This document shows, in pieces, positions 9,116-18,151 of a stretch of DNA of 64,000 nt (within the stretch, counting starts at the first letter, position 1; each line of letters opens with the position of its first letter). The DNA is from a virus (lineage: Duplodnaviria; Caudoviricetes), in IMG/VR virus record IMGVR_UViG_3300044511_000089, positions 277 to 64,276 of that record; one strand, given 5' to 3'. The notes under the pieces were generated by a model. The model was given only the letters and a program-made list of their open reading frames with translations. It searched no databases and was not told the DNA's origin. Position numbers and translations under genes: made by a program.

Positions 9116-9405
9116 CCGAAAGGAAGATTGCGGACGGGCCGTGCTTCAACCTCGGGAAGGTGGTCATCACCCCCGGCGCGGAAGCCCTGCTCAAGAAGCT
9201 CGACAAGAACGGGGACGAGTTCGTCCATCGCCACGTCAGGGGTGATTGGGGCGACCTGTGCGACGAGGATTGGAAGCACAACGACGACGCCATGCTCGGC
9301 GGCGACAGGCTGCTGTCGAGCTACGGGGAGGGAGACGACAAGCTGTGGATTATCACCGAATGGGACAGGTCGGTGACGACATTGCTCACACCGGAGGAAT
9401 ACTAG
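9112..9405 (+). CDS. Conserved plasmid/ICE-associated small protein (RHxxGDWG...WIITExDRSxTT family)
   Basis: Motifs LGKVVITPGA, RHVRGDWGD, RLLSSY and WIITEWDRSVTTLLTPEEY. Confidence 0.8.
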   Translation: MTERKIADGPCFNLGKVVITPGAEALLKKLDKNGDEFVHRHVRGDWGDLCDEDWKHNDDAMLGGDRLLSSYGEGDDKLWIITEWDRSVTTLLTPEEY

Positions 9406-9406
9406 G

Positions 9407-9715
9407 ATGAAGGTCTACGTTTGCAGTTACAGCTACGCCATGCCTTGCTCCATCCAGTTCAAGGTGGCGGCTCGCTCGAAGAAGGATGCGAGGAAGAAAC
9501 TCAAGGACATGCTTGCGAAAGGCAAGTTCGACGACGTGAAGGGAACAACGGGATGGAGCGCGCCCAAGCAAAACAATAGGGTCACGGTGATTGGGGCGCT
9601 TCGCATCGGGTTCGGTGACACCATCAAGACCGTGGACAAGGTGACGGCGAAGTATTGCGCCACCTGCGGGAACGAGCGACTGCTCTGCACCTGCACCCCA
9701 ATCGAAAGGTATTAG
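9407..9715 (+). CDS. Hypothetical protein
   Basis: Follows the previous stop by 1 nt; C-terminal CxxC...CxC. Confidence 0.65.
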   Translation: MKVYVCSYSYAMPCSIQFKVAARSKKDARKKLKDMLAKGKFDDVKGTTGWSAPKQNNRVTVIGALRIGFGDTIKTVDKVTAKYCATCGNERLLCTCTPIERY

Positions 9716-9717
9716 CC

Positions 9718-10194
9718 ATGACGAAACGAAAGTTCTACCAGACGGTGTTCGAGGTTGAAGTGCTGCACGAGGAACCCATCCCTAGCCATCTGACATTGCC
9801 CGAAGTGCTGGCAGAGTGCGAGGAAGGGGCGTGGAGTGGAGGAATCAAGGGCATCGATGAGGTCGAGCACCTGTGCGTGCGTAAGAAGCATGACCGATGC
9901 TGGCAAACCTGCCATGCGCCGTCAACCGGATTTGCGAGTGTCGCAAATCGTGGCGGCCGCGCGCCGGAGAGTCAGGATTTTGGCGGCATCCTGCACGACG
10001 TCCGGAGGAACGGGCTGTTCGAGGCAGTCAACGCCCTGTCGGTGCTGGCACAACAGTTCGACTCCATCGCTGATTACAGGTGGCAGCAGGACATTGGCGA
10101 GAAGGAGTTGAAGGCGGAGAAGAATGCTTTGAAAGAAGCCGAGCGTGTGCTGGCGTCGCATGGGTTGAAGCCCGGCGACAAGCTGCGCACGTAG
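9718..10194 (+). CDS. Hypothetical protein
   Basis: GAAAGG SD; ATG 9718. Confidence 0.65.
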   Translation: MTKRKFYQTVFEVEVLHEEPIPSHLTLPEVLAECEEGAWSGGIKGIDEVEHLCVRKKHDRCWQTCHAPSTGFASVANRGGRAPESQDFGGILHDVRRNGLFEAVNALSVLAQQFDSIADYRWQQDIGEKELKAEKNALKEAERVLASHGLKPGDKLRT

Positions 10195-10209
10195 TAGAAA
10201 GGACAAACC

Positions 10210-10413
10210 ATGAAACGCAGAATCATCACCGTGAAGAACGTCACGTTGCAATTCGATGTGCTTGGACGGGTGCCTGTCGGACTTGGGAAAGTCCCTGTCA
10301 TTGTCTCGGCGGAAGTGGCTATCATCAACGGTGCGCTGATGCCGATGCCGAGCCAGCCGCACCTGTTCCTGCACAAGCGGTTGAAGGCCACACTGAGGAC
10401 GGTGGACGAATGA
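10210..10413 (+). CDS. Hypothetical protein
   Basis: GAAAGGAC SD at 10197. Confidence 0.7.
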   Translation: MKRRIITVKNVTLQFDVLGRVPVGLGKVPVIVSAEVAIINGALMPMPSQPHLFLHKRLKATLRTVDE

Positions 10414-10595
10414 AACTTTGCGATAAGTGCGGCTCCGACGACATCGAACTCTCGCGTTCTTGTGGTGCATGGGTGTGCAACAAGTGCGACCATCACAACG
10501 GTCTGGCCCGCTGCTTCTGCGGATGGGCAGCGAGCGGTGGAGACGGATACAAGGAACTGGTCGAACTAGGTGAAACAATCGAGCCTGAACCATGA
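10410..10595 (+). CDS. Small Zn-ribbon protein
   Basis: CDKC...CNKC...CFC; ATGA coupling at both ends. Confidence 0.75.
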   Translation: MKLCDKCGSDDIELSRSCGAWVCNKCDHHNGLARCFCGWAASGGDGYKELVELGETIEPEP

Positions 10596-11395
10596 AACAT
10601 CCACCACTCATCCTATCGATTGATTGGGACTTCTTCATCAAGGAAGACCCGAAGCTCGACATGGGACATCGGGAAATACCGATTTTCCTCGAAACGATGT
10701 GGGCCATCAGGCTCGCAGGCTGGATGGCCACTCGGGAGGCTGAGTCCATCGAGGACGTGACGCCGTTCACCGGGCCGTCACCGGAGCGGTTTGTGATGAA
10801 GCTCGGCACGACGTTCGGTTACAAACACCTGCTGTTCGGCAACGCACTGGTCGGGTGCGCCGAGTCCCATGCCGCCCTGCCGCAGTTGCTCGACAAGCTT
10901 GGATTGAAGGACGGCGACAAGTGCGATGTCGTGAACATCGACGCGCACCACGACTGCGGTTACGGCGACAATCTGGACAACGCCGAGTTCAAGGACAAGT
11001 TCGATTGCGGGTCGTGGGTGCCGCACCTTCATGCGAGGGGGATGCTCAACTCCATGACGCAATGCTACCCTGACTGGCGGTTCAAGCATCCTGAGTGCAG
11101 CAGGGAAACGCACAAAAACATCAAGGAGCGGCTCCCCGTCACGTTCCAGTTCCTGAGCAGGATGAAGCCGAGGGCGTTCAACAGGCCCATCGCCGCCATC
11201 TTCCTGTGCCGGTCTGGATGTTGGAGTCCGCCGTGCTACGATGACAAGTTCAACGTGCTCTGCGGGATGTTTGGCAACACCGGCATCCCCGCACGGAACC
11301 TCGACATGGATGAAGTGAACAAGTTAGCGAAGATGGAGGCCGAGCAGATGAAGGAAATCAAGGAACACAACGCGAAACTACAGGCACAGCCATGA
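10592..11395 (+). CDS. UPF0489-like metallohydrolase (arginase/deacetylase fold)
   Basis: Motifs LSIDWDFF, ESH, VNIDAHHD, DCGSWV and IFLCRSGCWSPP. Confidence 0.7.
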   Translation: MKHPPLILSIDWDFFIKEDPKLDMGHREIPIFLETMWAIRLAGWMATREAESIEDVTPFTGPSPERFVMKLGTTFGYKHLLFGNALVGCAESHAALPQLLDKLGLKDGDKCDVVNIDAHHDCGYGDNLDNAEFKDKFDCGSWVPHLHARGMLNSMTQCYPDWRFKHPECSRETHKNIKERLPVTFQFLSRMKPRAFNRPIAAIFLCRSGCWSPPCYDDKFNVLCGMFGNTGIPARNLDMDEVNKLAKMEAEQMKEIKEHNAKLQAQP

Positions 11396-11958
11396 GCATT
11401 TTCGGAAGCTACTACCCACCGGGCGCGGCGAACCACCCGCACGCCCCTTACAACGAGCAAATCCCGCCCGATTCATTCTTCACGGCGCAGAACAACACAC
11501 GCCGAATCTTCTGCCGCTATGGGGCGAAGAATTGGGGCGACGTTGACCGGATGCTCTACAAGCATTCCGTGTGCGGGTTGAGCATCGGAGTCCAGTGCGA
11601 TGATGGCGAACGCCCGCACTACGGCCACAATCTATACAAACTCACCGCCGAGTCCCCCGCCGTGCTGGTGCTTGTCAGTAGCATCGTGGAGGGCGTGGAG
11701 CAAACCACCGACACGGTGGAGGTTGACCTGACCAAGCGCGGAACGCGCAAGACCGGCACCATCCTTGCGCGGTTGGATGCCGCTGTTGCCATAGTGGAGC
11801 AGCAGGCCCGCCGAATCTGGATGAACACACACGGGTGCGAATCCTGCAAGCGGCATTGGTGTAAGGTGGGCAAGACATTTTTGGATTCCTGCCCTGACGG
11901 ACTTACCCCCGTGTGGCTCAAGTGCCGCAAGTGCAACGGACGAGGCATTGTGATATGA
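11392..11958 (+). CDS. Hypothetical protein with a C-terminal Cys cluster
   Basis: ATGA coupling; CESC...CRKCNGRG. Confidence 0.7.
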   Translation: MSIFGSYYPPGAANHPHAPYNEQIPPDSFFTAQNNTRRIFCRYGAKNWGDVDRMLYKHSVCGLSIGVQCDDGERPHYGHNLYKLTAESPAVLVLVSSIVEGVEQTTDTVEVDLTKRGTRKTGTILARLDAAVAIVEQQARRIWMNTHGCESCKRHWCKVGKTFLDSCPDGLTPVWLKCRKCNGRGIVI

Positions 11959-12137
11959 ACGCCCGCGCCACCACGAAGTCCCACCCGCGCGCGGACCTCA
12001 AGGAGCAGCACGCGGAACTGCTCGCAGCGTTGGAAAGGGTTGTGCTTTACAGCCGCCCCAAAGCCAAGCAGGTCAACCTGAACTTGGCCATCGACCGAGC
12101 AAGGCAAGTCATCAGAAAGGCGACGGGCACACCATGA
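11955..12137 (+). CDS. Hypothetical protein
   Basis: ATGA coupling; amphipathic ELLAALE...ARQVIRKA. Confidence 0.65.
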   Translation: MNARATTKSHPRADLKEQHAELLAALERVVLYSRPKAKQVNLNLAIDRARQVIRKATGTP

Positions 12138-12334
12138 CAGCCAAGCAAGCCCGGCGCATCGTCTCCAAGGCCATCCTGCACCTTCGGCTGATTGAGAAGG
12201 ATTGCGACATGGCCATTGATGGAACGTGGAACGTGCGAGACATTGGCTCCATCGGTGGCTTTGAAGCCATGCGCGACAACGCCCTCGAAAGCCGCAAGGA
12301 GTTGAAAGCCCTGCTCAAGACAATGCCCAAATGA
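12134..12334 (+). CDS. Hypothetical protein
   Basis: ATGA coupling at both ends. Confidence 0.65.
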   Translation: MTAKQARRIVSKAILHLRLIEKDCDMAIDGTWNVRDIGSIGGFEAMRDNALESRKELKALLKTMPK

Positions 12335-12606
12335 ACACCGATACCGAAACACTGGTGCAGGTCGCCGCCGTGTCCCTCATGTGCGGCATGGTCATGGGTG
12401 GATGCCTTGTCGTCCTGTGGAGGATGATTGCTGACTCGATGTGGGAACGCATCGAGAAGCTTGAACGCGCAAGGCGGGAGCGGTTCAAGCAGGTCGAAGG
12501 TAAGTATGTCAGCGGTTCGTCACCCCGACAGCCTTCTCAGACAGCCTGTCGAGAATCTCCTTCATCCGTGCGTCAGGCACGAAGTAGCCCGGCATCGCAG
12601 GGGTGA
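12331..12606 (+). CDS. Small single-TM membrane protein
   Basis: Hydrophobic VAAVSLMCGMVMGGCLVVLW; its 3' end overlaps the convergent o-spanin. Confidence 0.55.
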   Translation: MNTDTETLVQVAAVSLMCGMVMGGCLVVLWRMIADSMWERIEKLERARRERFKQVEGKYVSGSSPRQPSQTACRESPSSVRQARSSPASQG

Positions 12607-12751
12607 ACGGCCTGCCCGCCTCAAGCCTTGTCACCGTCTTGTCCGCCGGTATCACCACCACCCTTGTTCGGAGGCACGCTGTTGATGCCGTCGTCAAGAA
12701 GGCGGTTGACAGTAGAAGCGTCAGCAGCGGCGATGGCTTTGGCATTTTCAT
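12509..12751 (-). CDS. Putative o-spanin (Rz1-like lipoprotein)
   Basis: Signal peptide MKMPKPSPLLTLLLSTAFLTTASTA-C; starts inside the upstream i-spanin ORF in another frame. Confidence 0.65.
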   Translation of the reverse strand: MKMPKPSPLLTLLLSTAFLTTASTACLRTRVVVIPADKTVTRLEAGRPFTPAMPGYFVPDARMKEILDRLSEKAVGVTNR

Positions 12752-12866
12752 CCTTGGCCCTTTGCAGTTGCACCACCGGGTCGTCGTCCCTCTGCCATTT
12801 CCTGTAAAGGACTCTGGCTAGGACGGCCACCACGGTTGCGACAATCCCGAGGATGGCGGCGGTCAT
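12621..12866 (-). CDS. Putative i-spanin (Rz-like)
   Basis: Single N-terminal TM, a basic RK patch, then a helical segment; lies between the holin and the lipoprotein. Confidence 0.62.
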   Translation of the reverse strand: MTAAILGIVATVVAVLARVLYRKWQRDDDPVVQLQRAKDENAKAIAAADASTVNRLLDDGINSVPPNKGGGDTGGQDGDKA

Positions 12867-12868
12867 GG

Positions 12869-13072
12869 TTACTTGGCCCCGACATCCTCGCTCGACTTGT
12901 CGCTGTCACGGGCGAACAGCCCTGTAAGGAACGTCCCCACCGCAATGAGAACGTCGCCGACGATGGCCATGTCAGTCTGCGACTTGAAGTAAACCCCAAG
13001 GGCAGCCACGGCACCGGCCACAGTCGTTTTCCACGACTTGACCCCCGACTTGATTACTGAGGTTGGATTCAT
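12869..13072 (-). CDS. Putative holin (2 TM)
   Basis: 67 aa with KSWKTTVAG, two hydrophobic helices and a charged C-tail ARDSDKSSEDVGAK. Confidence 0.7.
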   Translation of the reverse strand: MNPTSVIKSGVKSWKTTVAGAVAALGVYFKSQTDMAIVGDVLIAVGTFLTGLFARDSDKSSEDVGAK

Positions 13073-13079
13073 CAAGGCC

Positions 13080-13108
13080 AACCTAGCGAAGAACCAGCAG
13101 AAAGGCAA
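13080..13108 (-). promoter_or_regulatory. Sigma70-like promoter for a leaderless holin mRNA
   Basis: TTGCCT-N17-TAGGTT-N7-ATG(13072); no SD. Confidence 0.45.
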
Positions 13109-13109
13109 C

Positions 13110-13391
13110 ATGCAAAACGACAGCGCAGAGAAACCACCAATGGAACCCTACAAACCAACACCGCACGACCTGCAATGGAGCAGGAACCTGCTCGCCATGC
13201 TGAAGGACGGCGGAACTTGGGCCATACCGAAAACCGGCTCCATCTACACCGTGGACAAGAACGCAAAGACGCTGACCTGCACTCACGGATACGATGCAAC
13301 CATGCACAACATGGTCACAGGCGTATTCAATCAGCTAGGATACGCACTTGTTGTGTTGTGTCCAGTTGACGGCAGGACAAAGATGGCATAG
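13110..13391 (+). CDS. Hypothetical protein
   Basis: GAAAGG SD; ATG 13110. Confidence 0.7.
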   Translation: MQNDSAEKPPMEPYKPTPHDLQWSRNLLAMLKDGGTWAIPKTGSIYTVDKNAKTLTCTHGYDATMHNMVTGVFNQLGYALVVLCPVDGRTKMA

Positions 13392-13427
13392 CAGTAGCTA
13401 CGCAGACAGTAGGACACAACACGCACT

Positions 13428-14198
13428 ATGAATGACACCACAATCGATACCGTAAATGGAACACCACCACCACCAATCACCACGAGAGAGGAACAGCGCG
13501 CCGAGCGGCGGCGCAGGATAAAGGCGATTCTGGAGTTGCCTGACGGCCTTACCTTGAGGGAGGTCGCAAAGCGCATCGGTTTGCCGCGCGTCACCACGGC
13601 GTTCCTGCTGTGCAGGGATGCGGGTTATCAGACCAGACCGACTGGTCGTCCGCTTGGAACTGGCCACGGGCCTGTGCCTCTCACGACCGAACGCCTGTCA
13701 ATCCTTGAGCATGGGGCCAAGGAGAACTGGACACTTAAACAGGTCGGGGACGCCCTCGGAACCACACGCCAATACGCCAGACATCTTTACAAGCTGCATG
13801 GCATCGCACGAACGAACAGGCGTGGCGGCGGGAGAGGCCGTCCTTTGTCTGCCAAGTCATTGGCTCTCATCGAGGATGTCACCAAGAACGGGCTGAACGG
13901 CAGGACGGGGCCGCAACTGGCGAAGCAACACGGTGTGAGCGTGGTGAGAATCTATTCACTTCTGCGACCGCGCGGGTTCTTTGGTCGCACTGTGGGCAGG
14001 CGCGCCGAGTTCATGGCGTCCATCGTTGATGGTCGGGGCCGGTGCCTGTTTTGCAACACCATGCAGCCTCTGAATGACTTCCGAGGGTTCAAGTGCGGCC
14101 CGTGCTGGCGCGCAGTCATCTACCGGCTCGCACGTCAAGGTGCCAAGGAGCGGCGCGAGTTCTGGAACCTGCACCATCCGAAGGTGCCCAAGGTCTGA
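13428..14198 (+). CDS. Multi-HTH DNA-binding protein with a C-terminal Cys4 finger
   Basis: Three HTH-like repeats (LTLREVAKRIGL, WTLKQVGDALGTTRQ, TGPQLAKQHGVS); CLFC...CGPC. Confidence 0.7.
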   Translation: MNDTTIDTVNGTPPPPITTREEQRAERRRRIKAILELPDGLTLREVAKRIGLPRVTTAFLLCRDAGYQTRPTGRPLGTGHGPVPLTTERLSILEHGAKENWTLKQVGDALGTTRQYARHLYKLHGIARTNRRGGGRGRPLSAKSLALIEDVTKNGLNGRTGPQLAKQHGVSVVRIYSLLRPRGFFGRTVGRRAEFMASIVDGRGRCLFCNTMQPLNDFRGFKCGPCWRAVIYRLARQGAKERREFWNLHHPKVPKV

Positions 14199-14201
14199 CC
14201 T

Positions 14202-14420
14202 ATGGCAAAATCTACCGACACCATCAACTGCTGCGCCATCGAGCAGTTCATTCATTGCAGGATGTGCATGGCCGAGATACCAGCGGGCGTGTCACCGAAG
14301 GAATGGTCGCAGCTTGAGGCAGGGTTCACCAAGGACAACACGATGCAAGTCTGGTGCAGACGGCATGACGCCAAGGTTCTCGAACTGGTCGTGACCGACG
14401 TGGTGGAGGATTGCAAATGA
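14202..14420 (+). CDS. Small Cys/His-rich hypothetical protein
   Basis: HCRMC...WCRRH; coupled. Confidence 0.7.
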   Translation: MAKSTDTINCCAIEQFIHCRMCMAEIPAGVSPKEWSQLEAGFTKDNTMQVWCRRHDAKVLELVVTDVVEDCK

Positions 14421-14782
14421 GCAAGATGACGTTTTGGGAAAGGGCGGACAAACTGCCCCCGATACTGGTTAGGCTTCTGGCCAGACAGGGAGGAAGGCCG
14501 ATGTCCATGAGCGGGATAGCGCAGGCATCCGGCCTTGAAATGCACACGGTCGATGCGTTGTCGTGGTCGCTGGACTGGAACACGGTTCCACTTGGAACCA
14601 TGAGGCGGTTCCTGACCGGGTGCGGGGTGGACTTTGCGAAGTTCAGTGAATGGAAACGGGCGGTCAACTACCTTGAGTCGCCGGGGTGCAACTTCCGATA
14701 CCTGCGGCGGCACAAGGATTGGAAATCCACCTACGAGCCTATGCTCGCGAAGTGGTTGAAATCGGTGAGTCCAACAACATGA
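14417..14782 (+). CDS. Putative HTH DNA-binding protein
   Basis: MSGIAQASGLEMHTVDAL HTH-like segment; GGAGG SD; coupled to the recombinase. Confidence 0.55.
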   Translation: MSKMTFWERADKLPPILVRLLARQGGRPMSMSGIAQASGLEMHTVDALSWSLDWNTVPLGTMRRFLTGCGVDFAKFSEWKRAVNYLESPGCNFRYLRRHKDWKSTYEPMLAKWLKSVSPTT

Positions 14783-15765
14783 GCGGACATGACGGCAAAA
14801 CGAACAACGAGGTATTCCCAGAGTTCCATGCGTTCCTGAGCATGACGCTGTCGGTCAGGACGTGCGACGATTACAGGCGCATCGTAACGAACTGGATGGC
14901 GTCGAAGGATGCAAACGGGACGGTGATTGGAACCAAGCTGCCCATCGACCTGACGCTGGAGGATTACTACAACTTCGTCAATGACGGGCAGATTTCGGTC
15001 AGGGGCAAGGATGGCAAGCCAACCAAGAGCGGGACGCGCAGCGTCGTTCTGGCTGCGTTGCGGAGTTACGGGAAGTTCTGCTTCGGCAAGTATGGCATCC
15101 CGAACCTTGCCTCACTGGTGAAGGTGAACATCAGGCTGATGACGCACGAGCAGCGCGAGACGGTCGAACGCCTGCCACTGTCTGACGAGGCCATGCACAA
15201 GCTGCTGAAACTGCCAGACCTGCCAGCCTTTTGGGACGCTGCCATTCGCATTGGCATCGAGACAGGACTGAGGCTGAGCGACATCTGCCAGCTTGAGGCG
15301 GCCTGCCTTGGAAAGAGCGAGTCGGGCTGTGATGTGCTGAACGTGTGGACGGACAAGCGTGACAAGCGCGTCTCGGTCCCAATCTGCGCCACCACAGCGA
15401 ACCTGATTCGCAGCATGGCCTCGACCGGGTTCCTGTTCCCGGAACAGCGTGAACAGGTTCTCGATGTCAGGCGCAGGGCGGGATTGTCGACCGCGTTCAC
15501 CCACCTGTTGAAGAAGGCGCACGTCTGGAAGCCTCATGTCAGCTTCCATTCCATCCGCCATGCCTACGTCACCAAGCTGGTCTTGGACGGGATGGCGATG
15601 GAACTGGTTGCGGAACGGGTGGGTCACTCAAGCACCAAGACCACCGATGGCTACAACCACGCGCCAAGAAAAAGGCACGAGCCGTTGACCCGTGTTACGC
15701 GCGAGGAAATGCTGAAGTCGGGAATGCACCCCGCCGTTTTTGACGTTCTCTACGGGAAGGAGTAG
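14779..15765 (+). CDS. int: Tyrosine recombinase/integrase
   Basis: Catalytic set TGLRLSD (R), K, FHSIRH (HxxR), VGHSS (H) and TTDGY (Y). Confidence 0.93.
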   Translation: MSGHDGKTNNEVFPEFHAFLSMTLSVRTCDDYRRIVTNWMASKDANGTVIGTKLPIDLTLEDYYNFVNDGQISVRGKDGKPTKSGTRSVVLAALRSYGKFCFGKYGIPNLASLVKVNIRLMTHEQRETVERLPLSDEAMHKLLKLPDLPAFWDAAIRIGIETGLRLSDICQLEAACLGKSESGCDVLNVWTDKRDKRVSVPICATTANLIRSMASTGFLFPEQREQVLDVRRRAGLSTAFTHLLKKAHVWKPHVSFHSIRHAYVTKLVLDGMAMELVAERVGHSSTKTTDGYNHAPRKRHEPLTRVTREEMLKSGMHPAVFDVLYGKE

Positions 15766-15775
15766 GATGATTTGC

Positions 15776-15801
15776 TGGCGCGGTTTAACTACGCCGCGCC
15801 A
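15776..15801. terminator. Hairpin between convergent operons (terminator or att-region element)
   Basis: TGGCGCGG-N10-CCGCGCCA; more hairpins follow up to about 15920; no clear U tract. Confidence 0.35.
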
Positions 15802-15937
15802 AGCCCCGTAAGCCGTGAGAGCGGGTTAGGGAATCCAGCAGGTTTCGTCATTCCTCTGGATGCGTTCTCGACATAGGGACGCCACTCCTTGGCTGCGTCG
15901 GTGGTCGCAGTTTTACCACATCCACGGCACCACCATG

Positions 15938-18148
15938 CTAACCGTAACGATACGCCCCGCCCTTATCTACGATGCCACACGCCAGAGTGATGCTCCATGA
16001 GCCTGTCGTTGTGGTGTCCTTAACCGTCGGGCATGGCCCCTCGAACGCCACGTTGAACTTGTTTCCGAACTTCTGGCTGGTGAAATCCGACGCTGTGTTG
16101 CCAGCCCCGATGTAATGCCAGTGGTCGGACCCGCTCTCCTGCGGCCCGAACGGTGCACCGGCCTGCTTGATGAACCCGGCAGGAGAAGCCTGCCCGACGA
16201 CGTTCATAAACAGCTTCACCGGCAGGCTCAACCTTGCAGGGAGAACATCGGTATCACCACCCGCCATGTCAGCCTGCGTCAGCCAAGGTGCGAACTTGTA
16301 GTTGTTCGGCTTCGCAATTCCAGCAGCCACCGAAGCGGCAATCCCACCCGACACAGTCGCACCGACGTTCAGGAAGTAACCCGACCCATTGTTTGTCGTG
16401 TTGACGCTGGCGATTGACTTTCCCCCGCTGCCATCGGCAGCCGACATGACCAGTGAAGCAGCCGCCGGAACCCCAGCCGGTGGTGGGGCAATGCTGATGG
16501 TAGGTGTGCCCTCGTAGCCTTCCCCTCCATCGACGAGGATGGCGTTGATGCCGTAGGTCAGGTTAAGGTCGATGTCACCACCAACGGTCACCACCCCCGG
16601 CAACCCGCCTACCGTGTAAGCCCCCTCGCTCAGTATCGAAATCGCAGTCACCACCCCTCCAGCCACCGCGTCCACCCTGAACCTCGCCTTGGTGGAAAGC
16701 GGCCCGCCATTATCCTCCAAGTCGTATTCCTGCCCGACGCTGTGGCCTGCGCCACCCGCAGCCACTGTAGCCTGAACAACCACAATCCTTGTCCACACCA
16801 CCGCGACCCTGCCGTAGAACTGGAAGTTCGGTGCCCACGCAGCCCTCAATACTCCCTCCGTGGCTCCGTAGATGGCGTAGAATTGCAATGGGTCGTCAAA
16901 GGCTCCTGTCTCCTCGGAAGCTGCCGCAAGCCCGTCTGGAGTCGGTTCACCAGCGAACACGACACCCCTTGCCTCACCGCATGATGTTCCACTGGCTCCG
17001 TAGTTCCTGCCTGATGTCTCAGTGGTAAGCGAAAAACCGCCACCATCAATGGCCCACATCGAAGGCGTTGGAGCCTGAACCAATGTCGGGGAGTGCCTCA
17101 ACCTGCACAGGTAGTCTTTGCATTGCCGGACGAACTTCCTGAATATCCCTGTCAGGATGCGGAACCTCATGCGCTTTGTGTCCGGCTGGTCAACCCAGCC
17201 CCCCATCGTGTATCTGCGGGTGATGCCAACCGTGACATTGGTAAGCGGGTCGTCCTTGGTGCCGCATTTCAGGTCGAAGTCCGTGCTCGCCCGTTCAACA
17301 ACAAGCCAATACTTCTTCTCAGGAACCAATGAGACAGGAGTGGAAGCGAACGCCAGCAGCCTGTAGTAACCACCAGTCAAGACCGGGTTCTGGTATCCTC
17401 CGGGGATGACGTCACGAATGCACCCCACCGTAAGCTCGGTCACCAGCGTTCCTATCTGGTCGTTGCTGTCCTCGTAGATGAACACCCGCTCCTGAAAGGT
17501 CGGCCACTTCACGTCCTCTCCCCATTCGGCGTTGGGCCTCAAAGTAAGCGCGCCGATTCCACCCACCGAATACTCAAGCTCAACTGCCGTCGTGAAGTAA
17601 CCAACCCCGCTGAATTGCTGGGCATATTTGGTGACTGTGGCATCCAGAGTTACAGGAGCCACCGGGTTGACCGCCAGCTTGTAGGCTTCGTCGTAGTTGT
17701 CCTGCAACGGAGAGGCGGTCGGAATCTGGCCCAAAGGCGGAAGGGTGATGTCAGTGAACAGCGAGTCCCCATCAAGCAGCCCGAGTCCGCCCTGAACCTC
17801 AACAAGAAGACCATCCAGTGAACCCAATCGCGCGAAGTCGTTCTTGTAGCCGTCGATGTAATTGGCCAAGGAGTTCAGCAGGGGCGTGTTGTAGTAGCCG
17901 TCCGGCACCTTCCTCGCCGTGTTGACTCCTGCGATTGCGTAGAACCCATCCTGCGGGGCGATGCCGGGGCCAGCGCCGTCATGGAACCGGGCGGCCCAGC
18001 CGATGGAGGGTGGCCCCGCCCAAGGGAACGCCGTCGTGCCAACGAACGCATTGCGCTCGGCTGTCCTGCGCATGAGTTCCTCCGTGCCAACAGGGTCGAC
18101 GCACGGCCCTGCCTGCGAACGGATGGAGACTGGAATGAGTCCGGCCAT
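15938..18148 (-). CDS. Putative virion structural / receptor-binding protein
   Basis: Last gene of the virion operon; G/V/T-rich beta repeats (VTAISILSEGAY, DGGEGYEGTPTISI, NNGSGY) typical of phage baseplate and fibre proteins. Confidence 0.6.
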   Translation of the reverse strand: MAGLIPVSIRSQAGPCVDPVGTEELMRRTAERNAFVGTTAFPWAGPPSIGWAARFHDGAGPGIAPQDGFYAIAGVNTARKVPDGYYNTPLLNSLANYIDGYKNDFARLGSLDGLLVEVQGGLGLLDGDSLFTDITLPPLGQIPTASPLQDNYDEAYKLAVNPVAPVTLDATVTKYAQQFSGVGYFTTAVELEYSVGGIGALTLRPNAEWGEDVKWPTFQERVFIYEDSNDQIGTLVTELTVGCIRDVIPGGYQNPVLTGGYYRLLAFASTPVSLVPEKKYWLVVERASTDFDLKCGTKDDPLTNVTVGITRRYTMGGWVDQPDTKRMRFRILTGIFRKFVRQCKDYLCRLRHSPTLVQAPTPSMWAIDGGGFSLTTETSGRNYGASGTSCGEARGVVFAGEPTPDGLAAASEETGAFDDPLQFYAIYGATEGVLRAAWAPNFQFYGRVAVVWTRIVVVQATVAAGGAGHSVGQEYDLEDNGGPLSTKARFRVDAVAGGVVTAISILSEGAYTVGGLPGVVTVGGDIDLNLTYGINAILVDGGEGYEGTPTISIAPPPAGVPAAASLVMSAADGSGGKSIASVNTTNNGSGYFLNVGATVSGGIAASVAAGIAKPNNYKFAPWLTQADMAGGDTDVLPARLSLPVKLFMNVVGQASPAGFIKQAGAPFGPQESGSDHWHYIGAGNTASDFTSQKFGNKFNVAFEGPCPTVKDTTTTGSWSITLACGIVDKGGAYRYG

Positions 18149-18151
18149 AGG

